NCBI GenBank assembly: GCA_008632985.1
Contig: QPGO01000009.1
Span: 620,001 to 684,000, forward strand
Source of the DNA: Psammoneis japonica
Taxonomy: Eukaryota
Direction of reading: 5' to 3'
Length of the DNA stretch: 64,000 nt
Part shown: piece after piece, positions 24,570 to 37,300 of the stretch
Layout: the number at the start of each line of letters is the position of its first letter
How positions within the stretch are numbered: the first letter of the stretch is position 1
Notes under the pieces: generated by a model
What the model was told of the DNA's origin: nothing
The model's input: the letters and a program-made list of their open reading frames with translations, nothing else
The model's database searches: none
Position numbers and translations under genes: made by a program

Positions 24570-27500
24570 CAAGAAAGCTCAAGGTCACCCGTTTGTGCCA
24601 CATGACAGCACACTGCTCACTGTCACCCACCTTGTTCATGACACACCAGCAACATGGGTTGACCTTAAAACATGGGTCCTTGCAGAGGAAGGAGGAAAGG
24701 TTTTTTCCATGACAAGTGCTCCCTGCTGGGTGCTGCACAGCCCCTTCTTGAGCCACACACAGAGCACCTGTGCTTTCCATTCTCCATTGCCACACACTTG
24801 CAGTGCTTTCTTAGATCAACTTTTGTCAACATTTCAGCCATCTTGCCATCGAGTTCACATGTGCACAAGCTTGTCCATGATGCCTGCATGCATGAATGTG
24901 CTCCTGGGATGTCTGCAGTCATGACTTTTCTTCTTTCCTGTGCATTGATTGTCAGTGGCTGAAATGGGGAGCTTGCTTGCTCATGTGATGGGTGCAGAGG
25001 TTTCCTCCCAGATTTTGCAGGGCCATTGCTTCCAGCCATCAGTGCATCCTTGTCTCTTGATCATGCTGCCCTGCTTCTGCTCAAGGCACATCAGGTGCCA
25101 GTGAGCACATTCTTTTTGCTCTTGGGCTGTGTCTCTGGCAAACACCAGCTGGACAACACCACAAAAATCAAGTTGCTGCATGTCCTTGACTGCATCATCA
25201 TCTGCCCCTTCACATCCAAACACTTTTGGTTCTTTCAATGCTGACATTTGTTCCACAAGAAACAGGGTGCCCTTGGGATCTTCAAAATGTTGTGTGATCT
25301 GATTCAGTTGGCAGCCCAACTCACTCACAGTTGGAGCAAGCACCAGCTGCAGCTTCTTTCCTTTTGTGCCCTGAGGTTGCAGGCATGGGCTCTGTGACCA
25401 TGTCTGCTGTGGCCCACCATTTCAGCATCCAGACCATCCTTGCTGCCATTGTCTGAGTCCAAGTCCAAATCACATTGCACCTTGAGTGATGGTGGACCTC
25501 CCTTGTCATTGTCTGTCAAGTCCACACACACTGTCAGGTCAGCACTGTCCCCAGCCGCACTTCCTCTCTCTGCTCTGGGATGAGCTCTGGTGTGTTTTGT
25601 TGGTGTCTTTGCTGTGTGTTTGGTTGAGCACATTGTTGTGTCTTGCTGAGGGAGATCCACATCAATGCGGTCCTGCTGCATGGGGTCAGTGGGACCCATG
25701 TTCAATGGGTCTTGCTCGGCTCTGTCATGTTGTCAAGTGGGGTGCACGTTGGCTTGTTCCAGCTCCAGGTGATGCGCAACTTTTTCAAAATCCGTTTTTT
25801 GCCAAATCGAAGGGTGAGTGCACACTTTGCATGCATTTTTGGGTGCACACTTGCCTTTCGATTTTCAAAACGATCAAAATTGAAGGAGTCACTTGCACTA
25901 AACTGCGCTGAAGATGTGCCTCTCGCGTGATGAAAATCATCTCACCTGGAGCTGGAACAGGCCTGTCAGCTGTCATGCTGTTTGGCTCAAATCCTGCCTT
26001 GCCTCTGCCCCCCCCCCTGTGTTGTGCCNCCCCCCCCCCTGCTCTTGCAGCTTTGCATCCCACTCCTGTGGTTTCTTCCATTTGATGGGGGTGCAATGAT
26101 GTGAAGAGCTCACTTTTGCAGCAAATGCTTGGGCACTTTGGGCTTGTGCAGAACCGTCATTGTTGGGGTCATCAGCTGAGTTGGAGTCACAGCCAGAGTG
26201 TGTTGAGTTGGCTGATGAGTCATTGTTTGGTGTGCAGGCAGAGTCATGATTGTTGTCAACTTTGTTTGCATGGTGGGGCAGCTCATGATTGCACCAATCT
26301 GTGGCTGTGAGGGTCTTTGGCATGTCTTGCTTTCTGTCTGTGGCAGCCACACAGGTGGTGGCATTGGCAGGCATTGGCACAGCCATCTAGCAGTTTTGGA
26401 CAATGCACTTCCCAGTGGCAAGTGACATGAAACATTGGCCACCTCATTCATTCCCAGTGGGCCCAAAGCAGATGGTGCAGGATGTGCATGGTGTCTCACA
26501 ATGCTGTTGTGTTCCTCACATGCTTGAGCAACTTGAGCACAGGCACCAAACTTGAGGTGCTCATGTTTGTTGCAATCAATGTGCTGCCCAGCACGGATGT
26601 GCCATGGGGGCAGGTTTCCAAGGGTGCTGTCATCATGGGGCAAGGCCGTGAGCTGGAGTGCCACACTGGACACCAGACAGGGATGATGACCAAATGGGGA
26701 ATCCCAGAAAATGGCAGCTGGTTGTGCCTGCTGCAGATTCAATCCTTGACAGTGCAGATGCCCTGTTCAATGTCTGACATGTGTTCATCATGGGAACAGA
26801 GGTCAAATGTGGCACTGGGCACTGGGTCTTCCAGCACTTTGAACTTGGGGCCAGCCTGAAAATTCTTTGTCATCTTGAACCCTCTCTGCTTGTGCCATGA
26901 CTTTCTTGAGTGCCACTGCCATGACCAGCTCTGGTGCCTTGGTGGCTCTTTGGCTGCACATGACAGCTGATCCAAAGCACAGTGCTTGGCATGAGATGAG
27001 GAAAAAACAGGTGCTGTTGATGAACATGATGTCAATGGACAGAACAAAACTGTGGCAAGTTTCAAGGATTGAGCTGGGCAGCTTGTCTCACTGCACACTG
27101 ACCAGTGTTCCCAGGCAGTGCAATGCACTGTCTTGCCCTCAAGCAACCAATGCACTCTGCCCAAACACATGGTGCACATGCCATTGACCACACACAATGC
27201 CTGGCAATCAGACAGTTGAGCACTTGGTTCCTGTCAACCAATCAATGCATGGCAGCATTGAAGGGGAACATCATGATGCTTTGAGCTGCTCTGGCGGAGT
27301 GATGGCATCCTGGTGCTCATGTTTGGGGGTGTGCTGCTGCTTGACCAAGTCCTCAAGTGCATCATTAACCATTGCCACCTTGAGCAACTGGTTGGTGGGG
27401 GGCTGTGCTTGATCACTCTCCCAACATTTTCATGCACCAGGAATCTTCAATCTCCTCTTGACCCATTCTCTTTACTTTCACAATCTGTGTTGAATTGCAA

Positions 27501-27850
27501 GTCCAGCGCACCTTCCACTTGATCACTTCCATGCCTTTTCCATCATCTGCAGCCTGGACTCTGTTGGGTTTGTGTTTGACATGTGCGATGAGTTCAACAC
27601 ACCTGTTCATGGGACAGACCTCTCCATTCATTGACGCTGTTGTCAAACCATTCTTCAAACAACATGCAGCCACTTGCACATGACTGACAGGAGAAAGAAG
27701 GAAGAAAGACTTCAAACAAAACAATGTGTGCCTGAAGAGCGTGCTTCTCATCATCCTTGCATCACGGTGAGGCACAAAACAGTCAACGGTCTCTTGCTTG
27801 TGTGGACCCAGAAGCTGCTGCAAAGAGTCAACATTGCATGAATGGGTCTC
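24570..27850 (-). mobile_element. Degenerate Ty1/Copia pol remnant (integrase then RT, truncated within RT)
   Basis: Integrase-region SHDEHMSDIEQGICTVKD and DCNKHEHLKFGACAQV. RT-region HLMCLEQKQGSMIKRQGCTDGWKQ, VMTADIPGA and FKVNPCCWCVMNK..EQCAVMWH. IN-before-RT order. Boundaries approximate. Confidence 0.8.
25751..25963. mobile_element. 213-bp MITE-like element with 22-bp terminal inverted repeats, nested in the Copia remnant
   Basis: ggcttgttccagctccaggtga (25751-25772) pairs with tcacctggagctggaacaggcc (25942-25963), 1 mismatch. There is also an internal inverted repeat. TSD not evident. Confidence 0.65.
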
Positions 27851-28718
27851 CAGAGAGCTGGAGTCTAGAGCAGCTGCTCTCTAGAGCTGGAGAGTGGCAG
27901 TGGCCACTGCTGGAGCTGATTGACTGATGGGGAATGCAGTGCACAACAGAAAGAGACAACAAATTGAGTGTGTCTGCAAAACAGCAGGTTGGAAGGTCCC
28001 CATCTGAGGTGTCAACCTTTCCAGCTGCAACATGCTTGCTCCTTTTGTTGCACAATGACTTGAAGCATTAGCCTCAGCTCATCTTGACTGTTGTCAGAGG
28101 TGCTGCAAGTCATGCATCAAAGCTGCTGCTTGGACAGCTGCTCATGCACAAACATGGGCTTGCAAGCACTTTCATCTTTCACAAAACATTGCTGCAATTC
28201 ATTGCGCCTTTTTTCATGGTGCACATGACAAACTGCAATAGTGTGACCACAAGAAGACTCCCTCAATCAATGGACAATGTCCTCCACATGTGATTTGGTG
28301 GGTGTGTCAATGCCTGCATGTTGATGTTCACTGTCACCACAATCTGCTTGTGTTGCATGTCAGGCAAGTGCAAAGAGCAGATGTCGCAGTCTGATTTGTC
28401 AAAGTTCAGCCAAAATTGAAAATTCAAATCCAAAGCAATCAAAAGTTTTGAACAAATTTCACTTCAAAACACTTGACAACAAATCGGGAAAGTGGCTTTG
28501 CAACATTTGGACATCACTGAATTGACAACCAACAATGCAGAATGAACCCGCACTCAAAACTGCATGCACAACAATGCAGTGATCCACGCAGAAAGTCTGC
28601 ACACATCAGAGATGCAGATGTCAGGAACTTCAACAAGACATGTGTTTCACACCACATGCAAATGAAGGTGAAATTTCTGTTTTTGTGGTTGGCAATGGTC
28701 ACGTGTTGGTGACAAAGT

Positions 28719-31700
28719 TGCACTGTGCTTGAAGAATGAGTGCAAACAAAAGTTGAGCAAGTGCAAAAAGTGAAAATTGCAAGATTAAAATCTGCTCAAT
28801 CATTTTGGGTTTCTCCAAACGAGCTCTCAACAGCCCAAAGAAGCTTCTGCGCTGCTTCCACAGACCAAATGGCCCTTCAGAGAATGCGATCGTGACAACA
28901 GATTGTTTGGGTGCAACCGCTGTTGACACATGGGATTTTTCAACATCATTGTGTGATTGCATTTGCAATTTCTGACATTCCAATCAAATCTGTGTGACCG
29001 ATCTGTCCTTCGCACAAACCTGCGATCATTGATGTGCGATTGAAAATGTGATGACACTGAGACACACAAATGCACACAAAATGTGTGTGACAATGCACAC
29101 TGCACTCACCTCCCCAATTGCACATTAGAGTCATTTGCTGAATGGTGCCATGCAATGGACATTGACAGTGTCAACAATGTCACCACATTTGACATCTGCA
29201 CTGTGCAGCTGCACTGTTGTCATCACACATGGTCCAACACAAGGCTGTTCTGTTTTTTTGGAGTCTTTCTCAAGCACCATCTTTTCTCCTGTTTTGCACG
29301 TGCACGGAGTGTGTCAAGCAATGTTTTTGTTTGTGATCACTTGTTTTTGTTTCTGGACAAGAAACTTCCAATTGGCAATGTGTTGGACATTGAAAATCAT
29401 GTCTCTGTTGAAGACCAATTGTCCTGATGCAGCTCACACAACAACATGGTGTGCGGAACACACAGCAAAAGCCGCTGCTGATGGCATGCCCAAAAATGAA
29501 TTGTCTGCATCCACAGGTGCATTTTGCAAGTTGAGCGCACACAGCACATTGTCTGGCACTTGATGCATGTGTTGCACAATTGCGCTCACCTGTGGATTTT
29601 GTGTGTGTGTGTGTGTGGGTGTGGGGGGTTGACTTTAATGCCACAATCATCTTGGAAGCATGTCCTTGAGCTGATGTCCAATGAGTTCACTTCCACAGTC
29701 ACATGCAACCAATGACAACCAAGGACATCTGCTTGGCCACATCCTTTTTGACAGCCCAGCTGCAGTTGTGGATTTCTCATTTGGAATTTCCACAACTTCA
29801 AACCATCCTGTTGCTGGATTGATCATTGTCAAACATTTGAGGACCAGGGGGCTCTTCTTTCCCTTGCAATGCATCTTGCATGGTCCAATGAGATCCACAC
29901 ATGGCAGTTCCCATGGTGTGGCTTTTCACACTCAGCAGGCAAATGTCCACATTTCTTGTGTTTCTTTTTGAATTTTTGGCACGTCTCACATTTTGACACA
30001 CATTTTTGCATGTCTTTGCACAAGGCAGACCACCACAAGTGTTGCAAGATTGTCTCTTCTGTTCTGTTCATGCCAGGGTGAAGAAGGCACATGTGGTGCC
30101 AGCCCACCACTGCTTTTTGCAACATCTTTGGTGCAACGATTTCATCCTTGTGACACATGAGCAACCGGTCTTGCTCACCTCCATGAAAAGTCTTTGCATG
30201 ACATGTCTCTTTTGACAATTGGGAGAGAATGTCATTGTCCCCTTTCTGTTCAGTGTCAATGACTTTGTGTGTCAACAGAAGGACATTGTCATGGGATTTT
30301 GGTGAGATTTTTTCAGCTCGTTCTTCTGTGCTGAGATTTTCCATGGGTTCGATTTTTCTCACAGTGAGTCAGCTGATTGCATCTGCAACAATGTCAGCCT
30401 TGCCCTTGAGGTAAATTGTTCTGGGACTGCATTCTTCTGATGTTAGATGCCAACGCACAAATTCATCTGTTTTGTAAAATTTTTGTGTGAGATTTTTGTG
30501 ATCCGTGTGTGCATTTGTCTGTTGGCCAAACAGTGTGTTTTAGAACTCTTTTGGTGTTTCCACTGCAGACAGCACTTCTTTTTCTGTTGCAGTGCAATGC
30601 ATCTGTGCTCCATTCAGCTTGCAGCTGCAGAACAAAGCAGTGGGTCAGTTGTTCTGCATGACAACTGTCCCCAATTGAGAGTTGCTTGTGTCAGCACATG
30701 TCTCAAAGGGTTTGTTGAAAGTCGGGTGTGACAAAATGACTCATCTTTTGAAATGATGCACTTTGTCTTTTTGAATTCTTTTTACTCCATTTTGGTCCAT
30801 TGCTGCTTTGCCTTGGATTGGCTGAGTTTGGCCAAAGGAGCAAGAACATGAGAACATTGAGGCCACATGTCTCAACAGCAGTTGATGATGCCAACAAAGC
30901 ATCACAATTGTTTGCAAATTTTGGGAGTTGGGATTGCGTGAATTGCTTCCACTTTGTCAGGTGCCAGACCAACACCATCACAGGTGACATGAAAACCTGG
31001 ATGGCCCACTTTGAATTTGGCAAAAAAAGACTTTTTTGTGTTGACCTTCAACCCAGCTTGTTTGAGGCACATGAACACCGTTTCAAGCTCATTGAGGTGG
31101 TCTTGAAAATCACCTTTTGCAAGGCATGGCACATTGTCAACACAAGTTCTGACAAACTCTGGCCCTGCCATGAGCTCACTTGTGTGCTCTTGGAAAATTT
31201 CTGGAGCTCCACAGATTCCCACAGGCAGTCTGCAGCAGCACTCGCATTTTTCCCGGGGCATGATGATCATGCACAAGCAACATTCATGTGGAATTAATTC
31301 AATGTGACAGCACCCCATGTTTGAATCAAGGAAAGTGGCACACATGAAACACTCAAGTTTCTGTGGCATGTCTTGAACATCAGGTGGAGGGAATGGAGCA
31401 CGTGTTGACCTCTCATTTGGTTCATGGAAGTTGGGCAGGAACCAAACTTGACCATTTTTCTTTCGTTGAACAAAGGTTGGAGGTGCCCATTCAGAACAAT
31501 TTGTTTTTCTCAAGACTTTCAACTTGCATGGTTTTTCAACTTCCTTTCAAGCAGTTGCCTCCAAGGCTTGTGGCATGGGAAATGGCTTCAACATGATGTG
31601 GACTTGCATCTGATTTCACCTTGAGATCCACTGGTTTCCCGGTCCATTTGCCCAGAGAACCATCAAAAAGGCTTTCAAATGTTTTTAGCAGGAACTTCAC

Positions 31701-32950
31701 CTGCTTCTGTTCTTCCGAAGTTAGATGAGTTGCTGCTGCAGTTTCACATTGATGAGGTTGGCAGCATTGCAATCTGAGTCAAAAGGGCCCAATTGACCCT
31801 GTCATTGAGACCAATTGCAGCATGAGATTCCTCAATGCAATCAGCAATCAACTTGAAAACATTGGCAGCGAAGTGTGCATCAACATTCTTTGTCAGTCCA
31901 GTCAAATCCTTTGATTTGACCTCTTCATCAGCAAAGTCCAATGTGATTCCAAGACTGGACACATCATGTCATGTCCCAGAATCACATCATGATGTCTTGA
32001 AGAAGAGTGGGTGTTGTCAACATGCACCATTGTTTCCATCATGTGTTTGTCAAATTCAGGTGAGGAGAATTGGATTTTACACTGACTGTCAGTCATGAAG
32101 AGTCCTCCTTTGGTCCGGCAGATTCTTTTGTTCTCAGTTTCCATGTGAACTTGCACAAATTGTGCTTGGCGATGTTCTGCCATCAAGGAGAATGTGCAGA
32201 GGCTTGTTTTCACTCCACCTGAGGAGGCATTTGTGCAAGCAATGACTGGTGGACCAGCGTGGATTGCTTTGGCTCTTTTTCTGGCCTTCCCAATGTTCAG
32301 CAGCATGCAAGACTCCTTGAGTGGTGCCAGTCATTCCTCAGAATTGCTGCACATTGTTTTTTCAAACTGACAGTTTTCCTCACTGAGGGTGTCAGAGTCA
32401 TGTTCCTTGCTCTTTTGCTTTGTGTCTTTGTTCAAAGAGAACTTGTCTTGAGTGTTTTTTTAGCTGCCTGAACAATCATGTCATCCAACTCTTCTTTGCA
32501 ACTGGTGTTTTTGTTGTCATCACACAACCATGTGTGTGATTGCCATTTGAACAATGCCATTTTGGATCATGCTCATGGTTTCCATGGCATTCTTTTGATG
32601 GTCGTTCAATGACCCAGCACTTGCCTGCATCATGAGTGGTTTTTTCACAACAACTGCACCACTTCTTGGACTCAGCACCTGTGGTTGCCATTTGAACAAT
32701 GCCATTTTGGATCATGCTCATGGTTTCCATGGCATTCTTTTGATGGTCGTTCAATGACCCAGCACTTGCCCGCATCATGAGTGGTTTTTTTGCAACAACT
32801 GCACCACCTCTCAGACTCAGATCATTTGGTGCCAGATTGGCAACCATTTTGGAACCATGATTGGATCCATCCTTGGCTTTTGATCCAGACTTGTTGCTTT
32901 CATCAGAAGTGGAAGAGCAAGTTTTCCAACATGTGAAAAAAAATGTTGCT
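28719..32950 (-). mobile_element. Degenerate Ty3/Gypsy element (gag CCHC, PR, RT, RH, IN, PPT, 3' LTR 28719-29104); 5' end missing
   Basis: WCSCCEKTTHDAGKC, ILLDG, SEWAPPTF...LDSNMGCCHI...RTCVDN, LLHPGMNRTEETI...CETCQK, MDLIGP. The LTR is homologous to 54673-55050. Confidence 0.85.
32540..32820. repeat. Tandem duplication (about 145-bp period) covering the gag zinc-knuckle region
   Basis: tgccatttgaacaatgccattttggatcatgc... occurs at 32541 and again at 32686. Confidence 0.85.
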
Positions 32951-32969
32951 TGCCAAGTCTTGTTGCACT

Positions 32970-33900
32970 TCCCTTGCTTCAATCGCAACTTCTGCATCTG
33001 CCATGACATGAGCAACTGTCAACATGGCACTGTCACAACTCAAGTGTTTGAGGACAGTGAGCAGCCCATTGCATGATTCCACAGCTGCAAATTGTCTTCA
33101 GATCAATGCAGCTGCACTGCTGTGGAGAAGGAGTTGCTGTCCATTGTCAAAATGATGAGTGCGTTTTGCAATGTCCTGTCTGGACATCATGTGCACATCA
33201 AGACCAACCACCAAAACTTGTTGTTCAACAGATTCAAATCAAAGCATGTCAAACATTGGTGCCTCTCATTGGCAGAGCATGATTGTGCTTTTGAGTGTCA
33301 CCCTGGCAAGGACAACGTCATCACCAACTTTTTTAAGTTGCCATCTGGTGGCTGATGTTTTGCCGACAACTTTGAAGAAGCCGCGACCTTGGATCTCTCT
33401 CTCTCTCTGTCTGAAAATGAGTTCCTGGCCACTTGTGGCTGCACTGCAGAATGCCAAGGAGCTGCTGACAAGTCTCTTCAACTTCACAGAAAAGACCTCT
33501 TCCATGTGTGTGAGCTTTTGGTTTCAAAAACATTGCGCCATTCTGTGGAACGACAAGATTGCCCTTCCGCCAACCTTGTTCCCAACTGTGCTGTGCTTGT
33601 GTCATGATTCTCTTTGTCATGTTGGAGCCAATTGCACCCACCTTGCTCTTGCCTTCCAGCTGCACATTTGGGACATGCAAAAGTTGACCAGCCATTTTGT
33701 TTGTGCTGGGTGTTGGGTGTGTCAAAAACAGAGACGTTCCGTGAAGCAGTGCAGCGAACTGCTGCCACCAGACATCACATGCAAACCATGGCAAGTTGTG
33801 GAAGTCAATCTTTTTGGTCCCTGGTCATTTGCTGATGTTGCCAGCATTGGCCGTTCCATCAAAGCTGTCTCTGTGATCGACGTCGCCACTTGTTGGATGG
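32970..33900 (+). mobile_element. Degenerate Ty3/Gypsy fragment (RNase H plus integrase N-terminus) in opposite orientation
   Basis: CTAVEKELLSIV...IKTNHQNL...ECHPGKDNV; HDSLCHVG...CWVCQK...PWQVVEVNLFGPW. Confidence 0.8.
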
Positions 33901-34198
33901 CTGCAAGACCTCCCCCAAGAATGTCTCGCACATCGTGGATCTCCTTTTCGCATCATGCGCACATCCACCCCAATGGGGGCAGTCACCATCCAGCACTCTC
34001 CAGACATCACTGAATGGATCAGCATCTGTCGTCTTCACCCTGTCTTCTAAACTGTCCAGTTGGGGAAGCGAGGGCCGTGAGTGCGTGCGTCTGTCCGCAA
34101 GAGTGTCGTGTGCGTGTCCCATCCACATTTTTTCTCAGTGATTTTCCGAATGTTTCTCTGTGTTCTCAATGAGTCATTTCAATGACTTGTCCCTCTTG

Positions 34199-34362
34199 TG
34201 CAAGCTCAAGCTGAGGTTGATGTCAAAACAAAGAAGTGAGCAGACCGAAGAGAGGGGGAGCCCAAGCGTCAGCGAGCGCTGGCGAGCCCTCTCAAACGGC
34301 TGCATCAATCTGACATCCAAAATTGACACTGCACATCAGAAGCGTGCGAGTGAGTTGCTGCA
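34199..34362 (-). repeat. 3' LTR (164 bp)
   Basis: Direct repeat of 39462-39625. Confidence 0.95.
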
Positions 34363-37300
34363 CTCTTCCCTTCCATGATCCGAAAGAACTGGAGGATCAT
34401 GCAAAGGGCCAAAACCAAGGACCAAAACCGAAAGAAATCACAGCAGCAGGAGGAAACCCAGGTGTTGGGAAGAAAACCCCCTGATCAACCACGAAAAGGA
34501 ATCAGGCGCCAAATGTTGAGGCGCTCAACCACATGAGGAGCTTGACGAACCAAGAGCATGCCATTCACATGCACTTGAACAACAGGACAAGGGCCATGAG
34601 CACGAGGCTCGAGTCTGGACGGGTCAACCGACTTGATTGGAACTTGATCACCCACTTGACAATCGCAGGATCTTCTCTTGGCATTGGCTCGTCGCAAATT
34701 GTCGTTGATCAGCATCTGGCGATGGCCTTGAATTGTCAACAAATCCGCTGTCACAGGGATGTCTAGGATCATGTCACGTCCAAACACCACAGCACCTGGC
34801 GAAATCTGTAGAGAACGGGAAACAGCACAGCAAGTTGCATGCATTGCAGTTGCCAAAGCATCGTCCACGAGGCCAGCTGCATCCTGAAGGTTTTGAGGTG
34901 GATCAGAAGCAATGAGCGTGCGCAATGCATTGCCGATGGTCTGATGCATTTGTTCACAAATGGCACTGGCTTGAGGGTTGTACGAAGCAGTCGACACATC
35001 ATCAATTCCGGCTTGTTGCAACAGCATCTGGAACTTGCACCCAGTGAACTCGCCGCCGTCATCGTGGATGCATCAATTCGGTCTGGGACAGCGTGCAAGC
35101 CAGCAATTTTCAAATTGGTTGGCGGCATGTCAGGCAGTCTCATTTTCAATTCTCGCCAGCTCAACAAGATTGGAGACAGGATCAATGCAGGTCAATGCCC
35201 GAAACTCGATCTCTCCATTCGGTGCTTTGATTTTCCACGGGCCAATGAGGTCAACCGCCACTTCCGACCAGGGAGTCAATGGAGCCTCTCGCTCAGGCAA
35301 CTCTCCATGGCCAGGACCCAAGGTTTTGTTGCGTCGGCAATCAGCGCAAGAGCATTCATCACACATGCGATGCATGCCAGGATGACAACAATGAGCCTGA
35401 ATCGTTTCACGCATGCGCTGGCTTCCGGCATGGCCAAGGACGAGATGACACCACCGCAAGATGTCGGGCACAAGCGCAGTCGGCAAACAGATTTTCCACT
35501 GTCCTGGCGGATCATTTGGTCGCATGCGACAACACACAAGTGGTCGATTGTTCACACATTCCACAAGGAAACGATCAGGGTGAGCAGCGCGCATCTGGTT
35601 CAACTGTTGGTCCTTGAACTGGTGCTCCTGGATGCGTTGTGACATCATCTGGATTCTGCATCTCCTGCATTGCAGGGCAATTCAAGAAGGAATCAAACAG
35701 CTCCAGCTCATCGACAAAGAAAGAGAAGAAGTGTGAGTGGCCTTCATTTTCAATGTTGCGACAACACTTGAATTGGCGTGCGCCGAGCTCCAAGTCCTCA
35801 TCGCGGAAATCCTCGACTTCGGATGGTTCCTCACTCGGCACCAACTTCGAATCGAGCGGAGCAAAATCAACAACAGTTCCTTTGCCCGGAGCCAAGCTCT
35901 TCCCTTCAGAGGGAGGATCCACGCAAGGCAAATGAGAAAAACAATCAGCCAGGACATTCAATCGGCCTTCAATGCAATGGAACTGAGGGGCGAAATCTTC
36001 CAGAAAGAGTCGCCAACGAAGTGCGCGTTGTGAATTCAAGGTGCGAAAGGCAAGGTTCTTGTGGTCAGTGAATGTACGCAAGTCGCCACCAAGGAGCATC
36101 GATCGGAATTTGCGGAAGCACATGACAACGGCCAACAGTTCTTTTTCGATCGTCGAGCAGTTTTGTTGTGCCGCACTTGGCTTTTGAGACCAGCATGCAA
36201 CAGGTTTTACGTCCTGTGCAATCACTGCACCCATCTGGCAATCACTGGCATCGGTGTAGATGTGGAAGGGTTTGTTGTGATTGGGATGCACCATCAACGT
36301 CTCGGCCGCCAGGACTGCTTTCATCTCATTGAACGCCGCCTGACATTCCGTTGTCCACGTCCACAAGCCTTTGCCTGTGAGATCTGTCAAGGGTTTCAAC
36401 AGGTGAGAACGCCGAGGCCACATGTTGCGACAATGCGTCACAGCACCAAGGAACGAACGAAGCTGCTTGATGTTCTCCGGAGGTTGCATTCGCAGGATGG
36501 CCTCCACTTTTTTCTTCCACAGACGAACTCCAGTCGGAGTCAGCCAATGCCCAAGGAAACCCGTTTCCTGCACACACCATTCGCATTTCAAGGGACCCAC
36601 TTTGAACCCAGCTTCTTCCAAGCGCTGCAAGAGTCTGTCAAGACGGTCAAGGTGAATGTCAAAGTCGTCATCGAATTGAGCGAGATCATCAATGCACGCG
36701 CCAACATCCAAGTCATGCACAGTTTTCTCAATCAAATGTTGCGCAACATCTGGAGCCGGCTTCAGACCCATCGCTAGACGGCAGTGTCGACACTTTCCAA
36801 AAGGTGTCACGATTGTCGTCAGATCCTTGGAATCGTCATCCAATTCAAACGTGCAGCACATCATTGAGAGGTCCAGTTTGGTCAGAAACTTGCACCCGGC
36901 TCTCTTCTGCAGCACATCTTGAATGATCGGCAAAGGATGAACCTTGCGCTTGAGGGCTTTGTTGAGTTCCCAAAAATCACTGAGCCACCACACTCGACCA
37001 TCCTTCTTCGGCCGAATAAAAGCACCAGCAGCCCATTCCGAAGTTCCGGCTTCCTCAAGAACGCCAAGAGCCACTGAATGATCCAGTTCTTGTTCAAAAG
37101 TCTTGAGATCATTGTGCGGCACTGTGTGCGCTCAAGAATGACAAGGAACAGCGTTGGGATCAATGTCAAGGTGAACTTTTTCGCCAGCATGCTTGCCGAG
37201 AGTGCCATCGAAAAGAGCAGTGTGTTTTTCCAACACGAGGCGCAATTTTTCTTGTTGTTCGGCAGTGAGATGCTTCTGAGCTGATGCTGCTTCAGAAGGG

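Larger units (their letters stand above)
21800..34198. mobile_element. Block of old, nested, heavily mutated transposon remnants, depleted of both TpA and CpG
   Basis: TA and CG are nearly absent by eye. All six frames give short Cys/His/Met/Gln-rich, Tyr-free ORFs, and recognisable LTR-retrotransposon motifs lie inside. The part at 21.8-24.5 kb could not be classified. Confidence 0.85.

Noticed and set aside
21829..34378. Dozens of short Cys/His-rich ORFs as novel metal-binding proteins
   Set aside because: The composition follows from TG/CA enrichment in decayed transposons and appears in all six frames.
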